Of a stretch of 64,000 nt of DNA, positions 36,809 to 46,910 are shown piece after piece (within the stretch, counting starts at the first letter, position 1; the number at the start of each line of letters is the position of its first letter). The translations under genes and the position numbers were made by a program. The notes beneath the pieces are model-generated. The model was given only the letters and a program-made list of their open reading frames with translations, searched no databases and was not told where the DNA came from. Source of the DNA: Candidatus Magasanikiibacteriota bacterium (lineage in GTDB: Bacteria > Patescibacteriota > Patescibacteriia > Magasanikbacterales > UBA922); contig CAILTG010000055.1 in the NCBI GenBank assembly GCA_903837125.1, positions 2,199-66,198 of the forward strand, in the 5' to 3' direction.

Positions 36809-38176
36809 ATGAGAGAAGGAAGTCGTCATGAAAAAGGACCTGAACGGCAAAAAAGAAAATCACCTGTTTCAGAAAATATAGTTAAAAACCATCCAAAAGG
36901 AAATAGCGGCTTTTTAAAAAGAAACCTTCTTAGAGGTAGCTTAGCTTTAATTTTAGGAACAGGAGCCGTGGCAGGATATGAACGATTTACAGGAGGAGAA
37001 GGAGAAGAAGAAGAAACGCCCAAAATTATACTTGATGATTACCCAAAACCTACACCAAATCCTGCTTTCGCAGAAATATCTCCCAAACGAGAAATAGAAA
37101 AAGTGGAACCAGTCGCAGCAATAAAACTTATTTTAACCGAGTACAACTCCTGGTTGGATAATCTTAACGTAGACGACATTCCGAATATAGATGGCATAGC
37201 AAAATTTGTTGAAATTTATAATCAATACATAAAATATTTAAAAACTGATAAACCATTAGCTCAACTTTCACTCAAGGAATTTAACAAAACCGGCAATCCT
37301 GATAAATTTTTCCAACAATTAGAACCAATAAAAAAACTTCTAGAAAAAAACGGGTATTACTTTCGAGCTACACCCACCCTCGGTCAGTGGAAAGGAGAAG
37401 AATTAAATTTCATGATGGTACTAACTGGTAAAATACAAAGCCAGGAACAAAAAACAATTGAACGCCGAGGGAAAAAAGCCAAATATCAACATATTATTGT
37501 GGTAATCCCTCCTGGTGAAACAGAGGAAAATTACCGAAGTGCGCCATCATGGGCCACGGCTTTGACCTATAATGAAAATGGGGGGACCACTGTTATGCAA
37601 AATGAAGCTGGTTATGCTAAATCAGCTGAAATAATCTACAGTACCTTAAAAAGAAACCCCCAAACACTAAAAGAGCAAGCAGTACACGCTGCATTTAGTT
37701 GCTATGACAAAGGCGACCGTGCGAGTACCACTCAGGCTATTAAAGAAGTATTAATGTCCACCTCTCTTTCACATGAGGAGCAACATGTCCTTGACGGACA
37801 TGGAGAAGACACTCTTATGACTCAAGAAACCATGCCAAAATACATGATAATTGAATTGCGAGGCATTTTAGCGCCACTAACTGGGCCAAACCCAAGAGCG
37901 GCTTTAGAAAACATCTTCAACTGGTCCATAGCTCAAGAAGCAACTAGACGTTCAATAGGAGAAATGACGCTTGCTGTTCTCAAAGATCTAGCCATGAAAG
38001 AACCAATTAAAATATTTTCTGAAAATGACGATCAAATCCGATTATTGGGCGAGAAAGCCCTGCAAATTTCGGATCTTTATTTTCACCGCGTAATTGAACA
38101 AAATAAACCGATAACAGATGTAGAAAGTGAAAATGAATATGGTGATCTTCTTGATAAACTAAAAGATAAATTATGA
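36809..38176 (+). CDS. Hypothetical membrane-anchored/secreted protein (455 aa from ATG 36809)
   Basis: MREGSRHEKGPERQKRK... followed by one hydrophobic segment (LLRGSLALILGTGAVAGY). No known motif. Its stop overlaps the next gene's start in ATGA (translational coupling). Confidence 0.5.
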   Translation: MREGSRHEKGPERQKRKSPVSENIVKNHPKGNSGFLKRNLLRGSLALILGTGAVAGYERFTGGEGEEEETPKIILDDYPKPTPNPAFAEISPKREIEKVEPVAAIKLILTEYNSWLDNLNVDDIPNIDGIAKFVEIYNQYIKYLKTDKPLAQLSLKEFNKTGNPDKFFQQLEPIKKLLEKNGYYFRATPTLGQWKGEELNFMMVLTGKIQSQEQKTIERRGKKAKYQHIIVVIPPGETEENYRSAPSWATALTYNENGGTTVMQNEAGYAKSAEIIYSTLKRNPQTLKEQAVHAAFSCYDKGDRASTTQAIKEVLMSTSLSHEEQHVLDGHGEDTLMTQETMPKYMIIELRGILAPLTGPNPRAALENIFNWSIAQEATRRSIGEMTLAVLKDLAMKEPIKIFSENDDQIRLLGEKALQISDLYFHRVIEQNKPITDVESENEYGDLLDKLKDKL

Positions 38177-39750
38177 AACGTCTTCTCCCAATTCTCATCT
38201 TAATCCTTAGTTTTGCCAGCATTATTTTTATTCTAAGCCATACTTTGGATCCTGACTCTGGCTGGCACTTACGTTTTGGTCAAGCTGCCATTCAAGGCCA
38301 TTTTTCTTATACTGATACTTACACCTACACTTTTTTTGGCCAAAATTGGGTCAATCATGAATGGGGTGGCGATATATTGTTTTGGTTAATTTACAGCCAC
38401 TTTGGTTATGTAGGACTTATGATATTGACCGGAGTAGCCGTGTGGTTGTCACTATTTTTAATTCAATATTTATTTCAAAAAAGAATTACCATTATTTTTG
38501 CGCTGGTTCATTTAAGCTCAGTCTGGATTTTGTTACGTTTTTACTCCGTGAGAATAACCATGATGGCTATAATCTTCCCAGTTTTATTAATTATTATTTT
38601 GGAAAAAATTCAAGTACGACCTAAGATTATTTGGCTAACTTTACCACTTTTTTGGTTATGGTCAATTATGCACGGCAGTTGGATTTTAGGTTACATAATC
38701 ATCAATATTTATCTTTTTGCCAACCTCGGCCTAATACTTATCAATCGTTATTTTCCGCGTTGGCCTTATCTTAAAGATTATTGGCAAACTAAAATTATTA
38801 AACAAATTATTTTAGTACAAATTTTTTCAGCAATATTAATCTGTCTTAATCCTTATGGGCCAAAACTATGGCTGGAAATAATTAATTATTTTTCGCAAAG
38901 TTATTTTAAACAATTTACTTTAGAATGGATACCAAGCTATACCTACCCTGTTTACATCATACCTTTAATCACCGCCACCCTTGCCGCAGTAATTATTTTA
39001 GTAAATTTTAAAAATAAAAAAATATCTCTGCCACAACTCCTCTTATTTTTTGCTTTTTTCTACGCTGCTTGGGAATACCGACGCAATAACACTTATCTGG
39101 TCATTATCTGCGCGCCCATTCTTACTCTTTGTCTGGAAAATGGCTGGGCCACAATCAAAAAAACCTTATTTAAAAATAACTTGCGAACTAACAATCTTAT
39201 TTTGTATCCTGCCGGCTTGTTGGCTATTTTATTTATTATTTTGTTAATTGCTCAAACTAGTTTTGCCAGTGATAAATTTATTGATGCCCGCGTTCTTTCA
39301 CAATCCACCTACCCTTTGGCTGCTGTAAATTTTTTACAACAACAACTTGGCGACAAACCAACAAATATTTTTAATGAATTTGGCTGGGGTGGCTACTTAA
39401 TTTGGCGCCTACCACAAGCTAAAGTGTATTTTGACGGACGAGGCACGGCTACTTGGACGTACCCAGGCACTAATGAACCAATGCTCAAACATTATCGTGA
39501 ACTTAAATTTTTGCCCGGAGGATTAGCTGAGATTGAAAAAAGCCCAGCCGAATGGATAATTCTAGAAAGAAGCTATTCCGGATATTCCACCACACCAGAC
39601 ACTTTCAACCGCCTGATGTTTGGGGAAGATAATTTACAAAAAGTTTTGGACAATTCTGCCCCACCTCTGATAGTTGATTTGGAAAAAAGTTCTAATTGGA
39701 AAAAAGTTTACGAGGATTATCTAGCCACGATTTGGCAACGAAAATCGTAA
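38173..39750 (+). CDS. Polytopic integral membrane protein (10 or more predicted TM helices plus a C-terminal soluble domain), possibly a GT-C-type glycosyltransferase
   Basis: 525 aa and highly hydrophobic with aromatic-rich loops. The GT-C assignment rests on topology only. Confidence 0.45.
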   Translation: MKRLLPILILILSFASIIFILSHTLDPDSGWHLRFGQAAIQGHFSYTDTYTYTFFGQNWVNHEWGGDILFWLIYSHFGYVGLMILTGVAVWLSLFLIQYLFQKRITIIFALVHLSSVWILLRFYSVRITMMAIIFPVLLIIILEKIQVRPKIIWLTLPLFWLWSIMHGSWILGYIIINIYLFANLGLILINRYFPRWPYLKDYWQTKIIKQIILVQIFSAILICLNPYGPKLWLEIINYFSQSYFKQFTLEWIPSYTYPVYIIPLITATLAAVIILVNFKNKKISLPQLLLFFAFFYAAWEYRRNNTYLVIICAPILTLCLENGWATIKKTLFKNNLRTNNLILYPAGLLAILFIILLIAQTSFASDKFIDARVLSQSTYPLAAVNFLQQQLGDKPTNIFNEFGWGGYLIWRLPQAKVYFDGRGTATWTYPGTNEPMLKHYRELKFLPGGLAEIEKSPAEWIILERSYSGYSTTPDTFNRLMFGEDNLQKVLDNSAPPLIVDLEKSSNWKKVYEDYLATIWQRKS

Positions 39751-39797
39751 AATACAAAAAATGTTGTATTTTTTTATGTGTATATTGTATCTTGTTT

Positions 39798-40499
39798 CTA
39801 CATTCCTCTCGCCAAAGTAAAACCAACCACTTCTCTCACGCCCGCTAGCCGCAAAACTTTGGCACACTCATTCATGGTGCTACCGGTAGTAAAAACATCA
39901 TCCACTAAAATTATTTTTTTACCAGCTAATAATTTATTCTCTAACAATTCAAAAGCACCCGCCACATTTTTTATTCTGGCTTCGCGACTTAATTTTGCCT
40001 GTTGATGAGTATAAACAATCCTTTTTAAAACTAAAGCTACCGGAAGTTTAAGCTCGTGCCCCAACTGACGAGCGATAATCTCTGCTTGATTAAAACCTCG
40101 TTCAGCATAACGCCGAGCATGCAAGGGCACGGGTACGATTAAATCCATATTTTTTAATAACTCACTATTTTTTCCAACAAAAATCTTTATTAAATCTTCA
40201 AAAACTAATTTTAACTCCTCTAAATAATTATATTTAAAATCAGTAATAATTTTACCAGCTAATAAATTTTCGCTGTACGGTAATAGGGAAATCTGCGCGG
40301 AGAGTGGAGAAAATCTAGAACACGAATCACAACAAACTCCTCCAACCACTCGCCGCCTACAACGCGGACAACAAAAGACCCCCACGGGGTCTATTTTTTT
40401 AAAACATTTTGTACAAACCAATTTGCCCTCTTCACTACAACCCAAACAATAAACAGGAAAAATACAATCTTTTATTTCTGCTATCAACCTTTTTAGCAT
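39798..40499 (-). CDS. comF: ComF/GntX family protein (double zinc ribbon plus phosphoribosyltransferase domain)
   Basis: N-terminal Cys clusters (CLGCSEEGKLVCTKC ... CCPRCRRR...CCDSC) and a PRTase motif KKIILVDDVFTTGSTMNE. Confidence 0.7.
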   Translation of the reverse strand: MLKRLIAEIKDCIFPVYCLGCSEEGKLVCTKCFKKIDPVGVFCCPRCRRRVVGGVCCDSCSRFSPLSAQISLLPYSENLLAGKIITDFKYNYLEELKLVFEDLIKIFVGKNSELLKNMDLIVPVPLHARRYAERGFNQAEIIARQLGHELKLPVALVLKRIVYTHQQAKLSREARIKNVAGAFELLENKLLAGKKIILVDDVFTTGSTMNECAKVLRLAGVREVVGFTLARGM

Positions 40500-40505
40500 A
40501 AATTC

Positions 40506-40600
40506 TCAATTTACAATTTACAATTTTCAATGAATTTACAATTTTCAATTACCAATTAGTGTATTGAAAATTTATTGTAAATTGAAAATTGATTATTGTA
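40506..40600. repeat. Intergenic array of direct and inverted copies of TTACAATTTTCAAT, including a 26-bp segment identical to 63122-63147
   Basis: tcaatttacaatttacaattttcaat-gaatttacaattttcaattacc ... attgaaaatttattgtaaattgaaaattgattattgtaaa. Confidence 0.7.
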
Positions 40601-40608
40601 AATTTTTT

Positions 40609-41187
40609 TTACTTGTTCCAATAAAATCCACTAACTTTCCAATCTGCTCCGGCACGAACCAATTCTACTCTACCAGATCTATAGTAAGTCTGGCTTGAAG
40701 TAGCAGTTTCATCAATTATTTGTGTATCCACCAAAACTGTAGCTTTCTCAGTTTCAAAACTTGTTACTGAACTGGATATTACTTTGGTTTCTCGACCCTG
40801 ATAAACAGAATTTTGCGGCACAGCTTGGGTTTTAAGCCACTTAACCACCTCGGGTGTAGCCATTAGTAATACGTCAGCTAAATGAGCATTATTGTTTTGA
40901 TTGGAATAACTGCCAAACCGTTCTACAAAAATTTGGGCCACCTGTTTGGCATAAAGTTCGTCTGGTGCAGTTCTGGTTGGAACAATAGGTTGAATTGGCC
41001 CCTGATTTTGATTAACAGCTTGTTGGGTAGCACCTGTTTCCTGTTGTTCTACTTTATTTCCAATAGTAGGAATATTTAATTTAATAATTCCCGGCTTAAA
41101 AACAAACAAATATAATAATAGTGAAACTATAATTAAACCGGCTACAATTCCTGTTCCTAAAAAAATTCGTTTTCTTAAATCCAACAT
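40609..41187 (-). CDS. Bitopic membrane protein (N-terminal TM plus extracytoplasmic domain), possibly a VirB8/TcpC-like T4SS component
   Basis: 192 aa. It has a TM helix IFLGTGIVAGLIIVSLLLYLFVF. The soluble domain is of a size and hydrophobic-core pattern compatible with an NTF2-like fold, and its position is last in the T4SS-like operon. The assignment is tentative. Confidence 0.35.
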   Translation of the reverse strand: MLDLRKRIFLGTGIVAGLIIVSLLLYLFVFKPGIIKLNIPTIGNKVEQQETGATQQAVNQNQGPIQPIVPTRTAPDELYAKQVAQIFVERFGSYSNQNNNAHLADVLLMATPEVVKWLKTQAVPQNSVYQGRETKVISSSVTSFETEKATVLVDTQIIDETATSSQTYYRSGRVELVRAGADWKVSGFYWNK

Positions 41188-41210
41188 ACAATTAACACTT
41201 AAACGATAAG

Positions 41211-43103
41211 TTATGTTTCACTTTTCGGTTCAGCTCCTCCCATTTGTTCTTCATATTCTTTCTTAGCTTTTTCTATATCTAATAACTGTTGAGGATTAGT
41301 AGTAACTAATTGATCTTCAGTATAAGAGGCTACCACCTTGATGGCGGCATGTTTTAAACCGGCAAAGAAAATCCCCTCGCCCACTGCAGTTTCCAGTAAT
41401 AAATACTTCTCTCCTTCAGTCAACATAAAAGTTTTCTGTACCATTTCAATAGCCGCCGGCGACTGACGTAGGAGTAATTGCAAAGCAGAATTAGTAACAA
41501 TTGCCTGGCCGTATTGAGAACGTAAAAAATCATTCACGTCTTGGGTGATCGTGGTTACTCCCAAATAATACTTGCGACAACGTTTTACCAAAGCATAAAT
41601 AAATTTGGCACTATCTTCATTGGTCATTAGCCACCAGGCCTCATCAATAATCATAATTCTCTTTTTTCTTTCACTACGCACCACATTCCAAATATAATTA
41701 ACTAAAGTATAAATAGCCATGGGCCGCAATTCATCTTCTAAATCACGCACCGAAAACACCACCAATTGATTACTCATGTTGACATTGGTAGGTGAATTAA
41801 ACAGCCCTGAGAAAGTACCAATGGTAAATTTGCTTAATTTTAAAACCAAATTTTCTGCCCCCTGCATTCCTTCCAAAACTTCTTGCAAATCCTGCATAAT
41901 CGGCGCCTCTACTGTCGTTAAATCAGCATTGGCAGTAATATCTTTTTTAGCAAAAGTTTCCAACAAGGCCTTGTCCATAAGTGAATCTTCTTGAGAGGTA
42001 AGCGTGTTGAACATGATTCTAATTAACCCTTTTAAAGTAATTACGGCACTTCTAATAATATCCTCGGTGGATACTTGCTGGCCAACTGGACGAGGCAAAT
42101 CAAAAGGATTTACTTTTGATTCTGAAGCCAAAGAAATATTAACATAAGTGCCGCCCACTGCTTCACAAAGATGCAAATATTCCATTTCCGGATCAATAAT
42201 AATAATATCAGTGCCCATCATTAAAGTACGTAAAACTTCTAATTTAACGGCATACGATTTTCCCGAACCAGCCGTGGCAAACACCACCATATTGGCATTT
42301 TGTAAAGAAAAACGATCAAATAAAATAAGACTATTATTGTGGCGATTAATACCATATAATACTCCATCATCACTAGTCAATTCTGAAGAAATAAAAGGAA
42401 AAGAAGAAGCAATAGGCGAAGAATTCATGTTGAAAGAAACCGTAAGTTCATCAATACCAAGTGGCAGAGTTGAATTAAAACCCTGTTCAGCCTGAAATAA
42501 AACATGCTTACTATAAATTAATTTACTGCCAAAAATATTTTCCACATCTTCGGTTATTTTATTCAATTCTTCTAAATTCTTGGAATATAAAGTTACATAA
42601 AAAGAAAATTGAAAAAAATGTTCTACCCCTTGGGTTAAATCATCGCGCAGTTGTTCAATATCTCTGAGGGCTGTTTCACGTAAAGGATCACGAGCCGCGC
42701 CTTTTTCAGTATCTGAACTAATTTGAGCTTCTAGCGCTCCTACTTTTTTCTTTAACTGTTTGAGAATTATTTCAGCATTTACCGGATAAAAAAACATGGA
42801 AATATCCATGGTAATATTTAAATTCAAAATCGGCGAACTCCAACCAACGGCAATATACCGAGGATAAGTTATTACATAAATGGTCCGCAAAAAAATATCT
42901 CCCAATTGAATATAATTTGATTCAACTCTAAAAGCCGAAGGAGCAATCAAATCCTTAATAGCCACCGTGCCTTCCCGATAAAGCTGCTCTTCTTTTAAAG
43001 TAGTTATTTCCTCTTCTATTTTTTTATTTCGCAACCTATCCTCTGCTACCTGTCCGGCCAAAGCACCACGGGCTTTTTTAATTGTAGCTGGCTTAAAAGC
43101 CAT
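41211..43103 (-). CDS. VirB4/TraE-family type IV secretion ATPase (Gram-positive-size variant)
   Basis: 630 aa. Walker A VVFATAGSGKSYAV, NPFDL motif (SKVNPFDLP), Walker B RIMIIDEAWWLM, and C-terminal GVTTITQDVNDF, which are the hallmarks of VirB4/CagE/TraE AAA_10 ATPases. Confidence 0.7.
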   Translation of the reverse strand: MAFKPATIKKARGALAGQVAEDRLRNKKIEEEITTLKEEQLYREGTVAIKDLIAPSAFRVESNYIQLGDIFLRTIYVITYPRYIAVGWSSPILNLNITMDISMFFYPVNAEIILKQLKKKVGALEAQISSDTEKGAARDPLRETALRDIEQLRDDLTQGVEHFFQFSFYVTLYSKNLEELNKITEDVENIFGSKLIYSKHVLFQAEQGFNSTLPLGIDELTVSFNMNSSPIASSFPFISSELTSDDGVLYGINRHNNSLILFDRFSLQNANMVVFATAGSGKSYAVKLEVLRTLMMGTDIIIIDPEMEYLHLCEAVGGTYVNISLASESKVNPFDLPRPVGQQVSTEDIIRSAVITLKGLIRIMFNTLTSQEDSLMDKALLETFAKKDITANADLTTVEAPIMQDLQEVLEGMQGAENLVLKLSKFTIGTFSGLFNSPTNVNMSNQLVVFSVRDLEDELRPMAIYTLVNYIWNVVRSERKKRIMIIDEAWWLMTNEDSAKFIYALVKRCRKYYLGVTTITQDVNDFLRSQYGQAIVTNSALQLLLRQSPAAIEMVQKTFMLTEGEKYLLLETAVGEGIFFAGLKHAAIKVVASYTEDQLVTTNPQQLLDIEKAKKEYEEQMGGAEPKSET

Positions 43104-43132
43104 AATTGTACTAACTAAACATTAATAAATAA

Positions 43133-43831
43133 CTATTCATAATTATTTTCAATCTGCAATTGTTCAACTGCTCCCAGTCCTTCAGAAAAAGAAATATCAG
43201 GATTATAAGTTGCATAATATAATTCTATCAAAGCCTGGGTGCCTAACTCGGCAATTTCCAAACCCACACTCTGTAAACCACCAGCTACCTGCCGCACTCG
43301 GCTATCTAAATCCCCTTTTCTCTGTTTAAATCTTTCTTCTTTTAATCGAACAGTTAAGGCTGGTTTTATTACTTCTTTAAACCGCGCCCAAAAACTTTTT
43401 TTACGGTTGGACATGGGATCATAAGGAATAATCACATAAAATCTTTTAGTAACAATTTGACCCATTTCTACCAATTGTTCCACAAATGAACGATAATCGG
43501 CAATCTGAATCCTTAACAATTCATTACTTTGACTTTTTTCTGTTTCAAGTAATCGATCAAGATAAGGTTTTATTTGCAAACGCCGAGACTGAATTTGTAT
43601 CTGCAACGGAAAATCAATGCTGTTTAAAAAACCAACGTAAGCAGAAATCAGGGCCTCTTGTTCATCATCGGATTTTAAAGAAAAATTGATGCTAGAGACC
43701 ATTAAAACCGACCGCAAAGTGCCATCTTTTAAAATCACCACTCCATCTTTTATTTCCGCAATCGGCAGATAAGTTTGGGTGGCAGGTTTACTAGCAATTT
43801 TCTTTTGTGCCTTCTTAGACTTCATAAACAA
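43133..43831 (-). CDS. Hypothetical protein (232 aa) encoded immediately upstream of the VirB4-like ATPase
   Basis: No motif was recognised. There is a 29-nt gap to the ATPase gene and it is out of frame with it. Confidence 0.45.
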   Translation of the reverse strand: MFMKSKKAQKKIASKPATQTYLPIAEIKDGVVILKDGTLRSVLMVSSINFSLKSDDEQEALISAYVGFLNSIDFPLQIQIQSRRLQIKPYLDRLLETEKSQSNELLRIQIADYRSFVEQLVEMGQIVTKRFYVIIPYDPMSNRKKSFWARFKEVIKPALTVRLKEERFKQRKGDLDSRVRQVAGGLQSVGLEIAELGTQALIELYYATYNPDISFSEGLGAVEQLQIENNYE

Positions 43832-43845
43832 ATACCATTATACCA

Positions 43846-44271
43846 TTAATCTTCCGGTTTATAAAACCCACCAGTATTTACTATTAGCGCCAAATCGCGC
43901 ACATGCTCTGACTTCACTTTTTTTCTAATCTCTTTTTCCGGAATTTTTTCAACCTCCAGATTTCTAAAATAATCTAATTCTTCTTTACTATAAAACTTAC
44001 GCCAAATACGCAAAGAAGGCTTTCGTACTGTTTGTAAAATATTCAATAAAAAATAATGGAATAACTGACCATTCACTTTAACAAAAGAAAAAACTAAGGC
44101 CAAACTGCCAACTATCACTAAAACAGTAATGAATAAACTAAAATCCGCATATTTATAAGCCAAAAAAATTAATAAGCTAGCAGATAATAATATCAAAAAC
44201 TGCCGGGTGGTAATTGGCCCAAATATTTTATCTTCCACATCAATAAATTGAGGAACAACAAACTGTTGCAT
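43846..44271 (-). CDS. PrgI/TcpE-like (VirB3-like) small two-TM protein
   Basis: 141 aa. It reads IDVEDKIFGPITTRQFLILL followed by two hydrophobic helices, which resembles PrgI-family proteins of Gram-positive-type T4SS loci. It is adjacent to the VirB4-like gene. Confidence 0.5.
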   Translation of the reverse strand: MQQFVVPQFIDVEDKIFGPITTRQFLILLSASLLIFLAYKYADFSLFITVLVIVGSLALVFSFVKVNGQLFHYFLLNILQTVRKPSLRIWRKFYSKEELDYFRNLEVEKIPEKEIRKKVKSEHVRDLALIVNTGGFYKPED

Positions 44272-44275
44272 ATTT

Positions 44276-45364
44276 TCAATTGTTAAGTTGGCTGTTCACC
44301 TCTACCAGTGCGGTAAACTCAGTGGTTTTCATTTGACTACCCTGACCATTATTAGCATCCAATAAACTGGCTATTTTGGTTTTCTTTTCTAAAGCCTCTC
44401 TAATCACTCCTTGGTACTGTTTATAAAGAGGACTAACCTGCCAAGCATTAAGTGCTTCAAAAAATAACAAATATGACTCTTTTTTAAAAACAGCAAATTT
44501 GTCAGCCAAAATTTTACCTGCTTGAGATGGCTTATTACTCAAACGCCGAAAATCTGTTAAAGAAAACATTTTTAATTCTTCAATTGGCCCTACACTTCTT
44601 TTTTCAACCACCGGAGCAATCACATCATGAATTATTGGTCTGGCGGCTTGGCTGTTTATTAAAACTGTCTGATTTGGGGGTATCTCCTGGCTCTGCAATG
44701 ATTCATTAACCAAGTGGTCAAGTGGTTTAGTGGTTGGGTGGTAAGGTGGTAAGGTGCTTGAATGGTTCAGTGATTGAGTGTTCAAATTTTTAATCGCCTC
44801 AAGCAACTGTTTAGCCTGATCCTGGCTCCAACCTAAACCGCCAGAATTTTCCAACTTAAGACAATATTCAATTACTTGATCATCCGTACGCACATCTTTT
44901 AAACGCGAAACCACTAAAGGACGAAGTCGTGAAAGTTGTTTATCAGTAACCGGAAATTTTATTTTTTTCATTATTCCACTAAATTCATCTTCTTTATTAC
45001 TTGGCAAAGACTCCAAATCAAAATCAGTTTCCTCCACTTTTTCTTCCAATGGTGACACCTGGTCGCCCTCTGTCCATTGTTTTATATTCGGCAAAATTTG
45101 ATCTTTCGATCTTTCGATCTTTCGATCTTTCGCCACAGCCATCGCCGCCGCTTCATCAATAAAAATATCAGTCACCGGCGTACTGGTAGCCAAAGCTTGA
45201 CTCTGCGTCTCCATTGGCAGTGCCTCAATCGGTGCTTTTGCATTCAGTTGCTCAGGTGTTGAGGTGCTCAAGTTTTCTTTATATTTTTTAAACTCATCCA
45301 TAGTCATACGAACCGACGTACCGTCGGCTTTTTTGACAAGGATAGTTGGTAATGATAAAACCAT
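44276..45364 (-). CDS. Hypothetical protein (362 aa) containing an in-frame 9-bp x4 tandem repeat
   Basis: No known motif. DNA 45100-45135 is (gatctttcg)x4, encoding ...KDRKIERSKD... Confidence 0.45.
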   Translation of the reverse strand: MVLSLPTILVKKADGTSVRMTMDEFKKYKENLSTSTPEQLNAKAPIEALPMETQSQALATSTPVTDIFIDEAAAMAVAKDRKIERSKDQILPNIKQWTEGDQVSPLEEKVEETDFDLESLPSNKEDEFSGIMKKIKFPVTDKQLSRLRPLVVSRLKDVRTDDQVIEYCLKLENSGGLGWSQDQAKQLLEAIKNLNTQSLNHSSTLPPYHPTTKPLDHLVNESLQSQEIPPNQTVLINSQAARPIIHDVIAPVVEKRSVGPIEELKMFSLTDFRRLSNKPSQAGKILADKFAVFKKESYLLFFEALNAWQVSPLYKQYQGVIREALEKKTKIASLLDANNGQGSQMKTTEFTALVEVNSQLNN

Positions 45365-45373
45365 AAAATATTA

Positions 45374-46885
45374 TTATACAAATTTCTGATTTGGTCTGGT
45401 AGTATTCAACTTCCATTGATTATCTTTTTCTGAATAATAAATCAAAGGTCCATATTCTGGAGAAAATAATTCCTCATACAATTGACTCAAAACTAAAATA
45501 CCAGAAAAATAAGGATCTTCCTGCCAATCAGGTAAATCCATAAAGGCACAAATCAATTCCACGCGCAAAGCAAATGGACGATTAACAATTTTAAAATAAG
45601 TTTTAATATTTTCAGCAGACTCTTCATCTATTTCACCGCTAATTATTTTTTGCCAATCAAAATTCGCATCCTTTTTTAACATTTCACCCAAAATATGATG
45701 AAAATCTATTAAGTCACAGTCACGCAAATGCAAATATAAATTTAAAACACCCAATAATTTTGGCTCCAGACTTATTGGCCAACTATTCTTGGCAATCTCC
45801 GCTTTTACATAATTTTCCTGATTTGCTATTTCTAATTCATTGTTGCTTCCGGCCAAATAAGCACCAATAAATTGACCAATTGTTAGACTATCATCACCAT
45901 TCTCTTGAAAATACACAACCTCTTGGTTGGCCAACAAGCTCTCGGCCAGGGTGGCTGATTGTACCAAATATTCATCCAAAAATCTCTGATCTACTAAAAT
46001 ATTAATTAACACGCTTCGCCAAGGCGCGTTTAAGCAAAAACCTGTCCAAAAATATTTTTCAATTAAAGTTTTTCTTTCTTCAACAATAAAATCCGGAAAG
46101 CCTTTTAAAATTAAAAATACTAAACCAATAATAAATAAATAATAATCAAATTCCTGGTGCAGTTCTTTATTAAAGTTTAACTTTAATAAAAAAGACTTAG
46201 CCCAAACCTGTAGATCTGCTTCATTGCCATAAAAAGACTGACCTAAAAATCTAAGTAACGATTGCCAATCAGGTACCTGGCCATTTTTTATTTCCTCTTC
46301 TAATTCCTGCACCGTATATCTGTGCTCAGTTTGATAAAAAAGTAACAAAGAACCAACCAACAAAAATTGCTTCTGCAAATAATTATAAGAAATAAAGATT
46401 GATTTTAATGTTTCTTCAACTTTTATTGCTGTTTCTACATCCAAAACAACTAATCTAGCAACGAGTTCTTTTACAGCCTCTGTTTCCCAACCAAGGCTTG
46501 CTAATAATTTACTCCAATTTATCTCATTCGCTTCAATAATATCAGCAGTTGCGCTTTTTGGCCAAATATTTTGCAATGAATTTAAATCTAACAAAAGATT
46601 ATTCAACATTTCATTATCTATAGTATCTACACCCATTACCAAAAAAGCAATTTCAAGATCTTTACCCACTTTTTTAATACTAAATTCATCATTAACATCT
46701 TCCACTAAAAACGACAAACCGCGCCAAAAAGAATTGTATGTCCAATTACGGCCAAAAATATTTTTAGACAGTTCCGAAATATTGGACAAGACCAAAAATT
46801 TTTTGTCCCACCATTCTTCTGGATTGTTAACTATATTTTGATACATAACCAATTTATTTCTGACCGGATTAATAAAATATAACAA
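45374..46885 (-). CDS. Hypothetical protein (503 aa), likely cytoplasmic
   Basis: A long uninterrupted ORF packed 9 nt from its downstream neighbour. No recognisable motif. Confidence 0.45.
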   Translation of the reverse strand: MLYFINPVRNKLVMYQNIVNNPEEWWDKKFLVLSNISELSKNIFGRNWTYNSFWRGLSFLVEDVNDEFSIKKVGKDLEIAFLVMGVDTIDNEMLNNLLLDLNSLQNIWPKSATADIIEANEINWSKLLASLGWETEAVKELVARLVVLDVETAIKVEETLKSIFISYNYLQKQFLLVGSLLLFYQTEHRYTVQELEEEIKNGQVPDWQSLLRFLGQSFYGNEADLQVWAKSFLLKLNFNKELHQEFDYYLFIIGLVFLILKGFPDFIVEERKTLIEKYFWTGFCLNAPWRSVLINILVDQRFLDEYLVQSATLAESLLANQEVVYFQENGDDSLTIGQFIGAYLAGSNNELEIANQENYVKAEIAKNSWPISLEPKLLGVLNLYLHLRDCDLIDFHHILGEMLKKDANFDWQKIISGEIDEESAENIKTYFKIVNRPFALRVELICAFMDLPDWQEDPYFSGILVLSQLYEELFSPEYGPLIYYSEKDNQWKLNTTRPNQKFV

Positions 46886-46910
46886 AATTACGATGTGAAA
46901 AAATCTTTAT

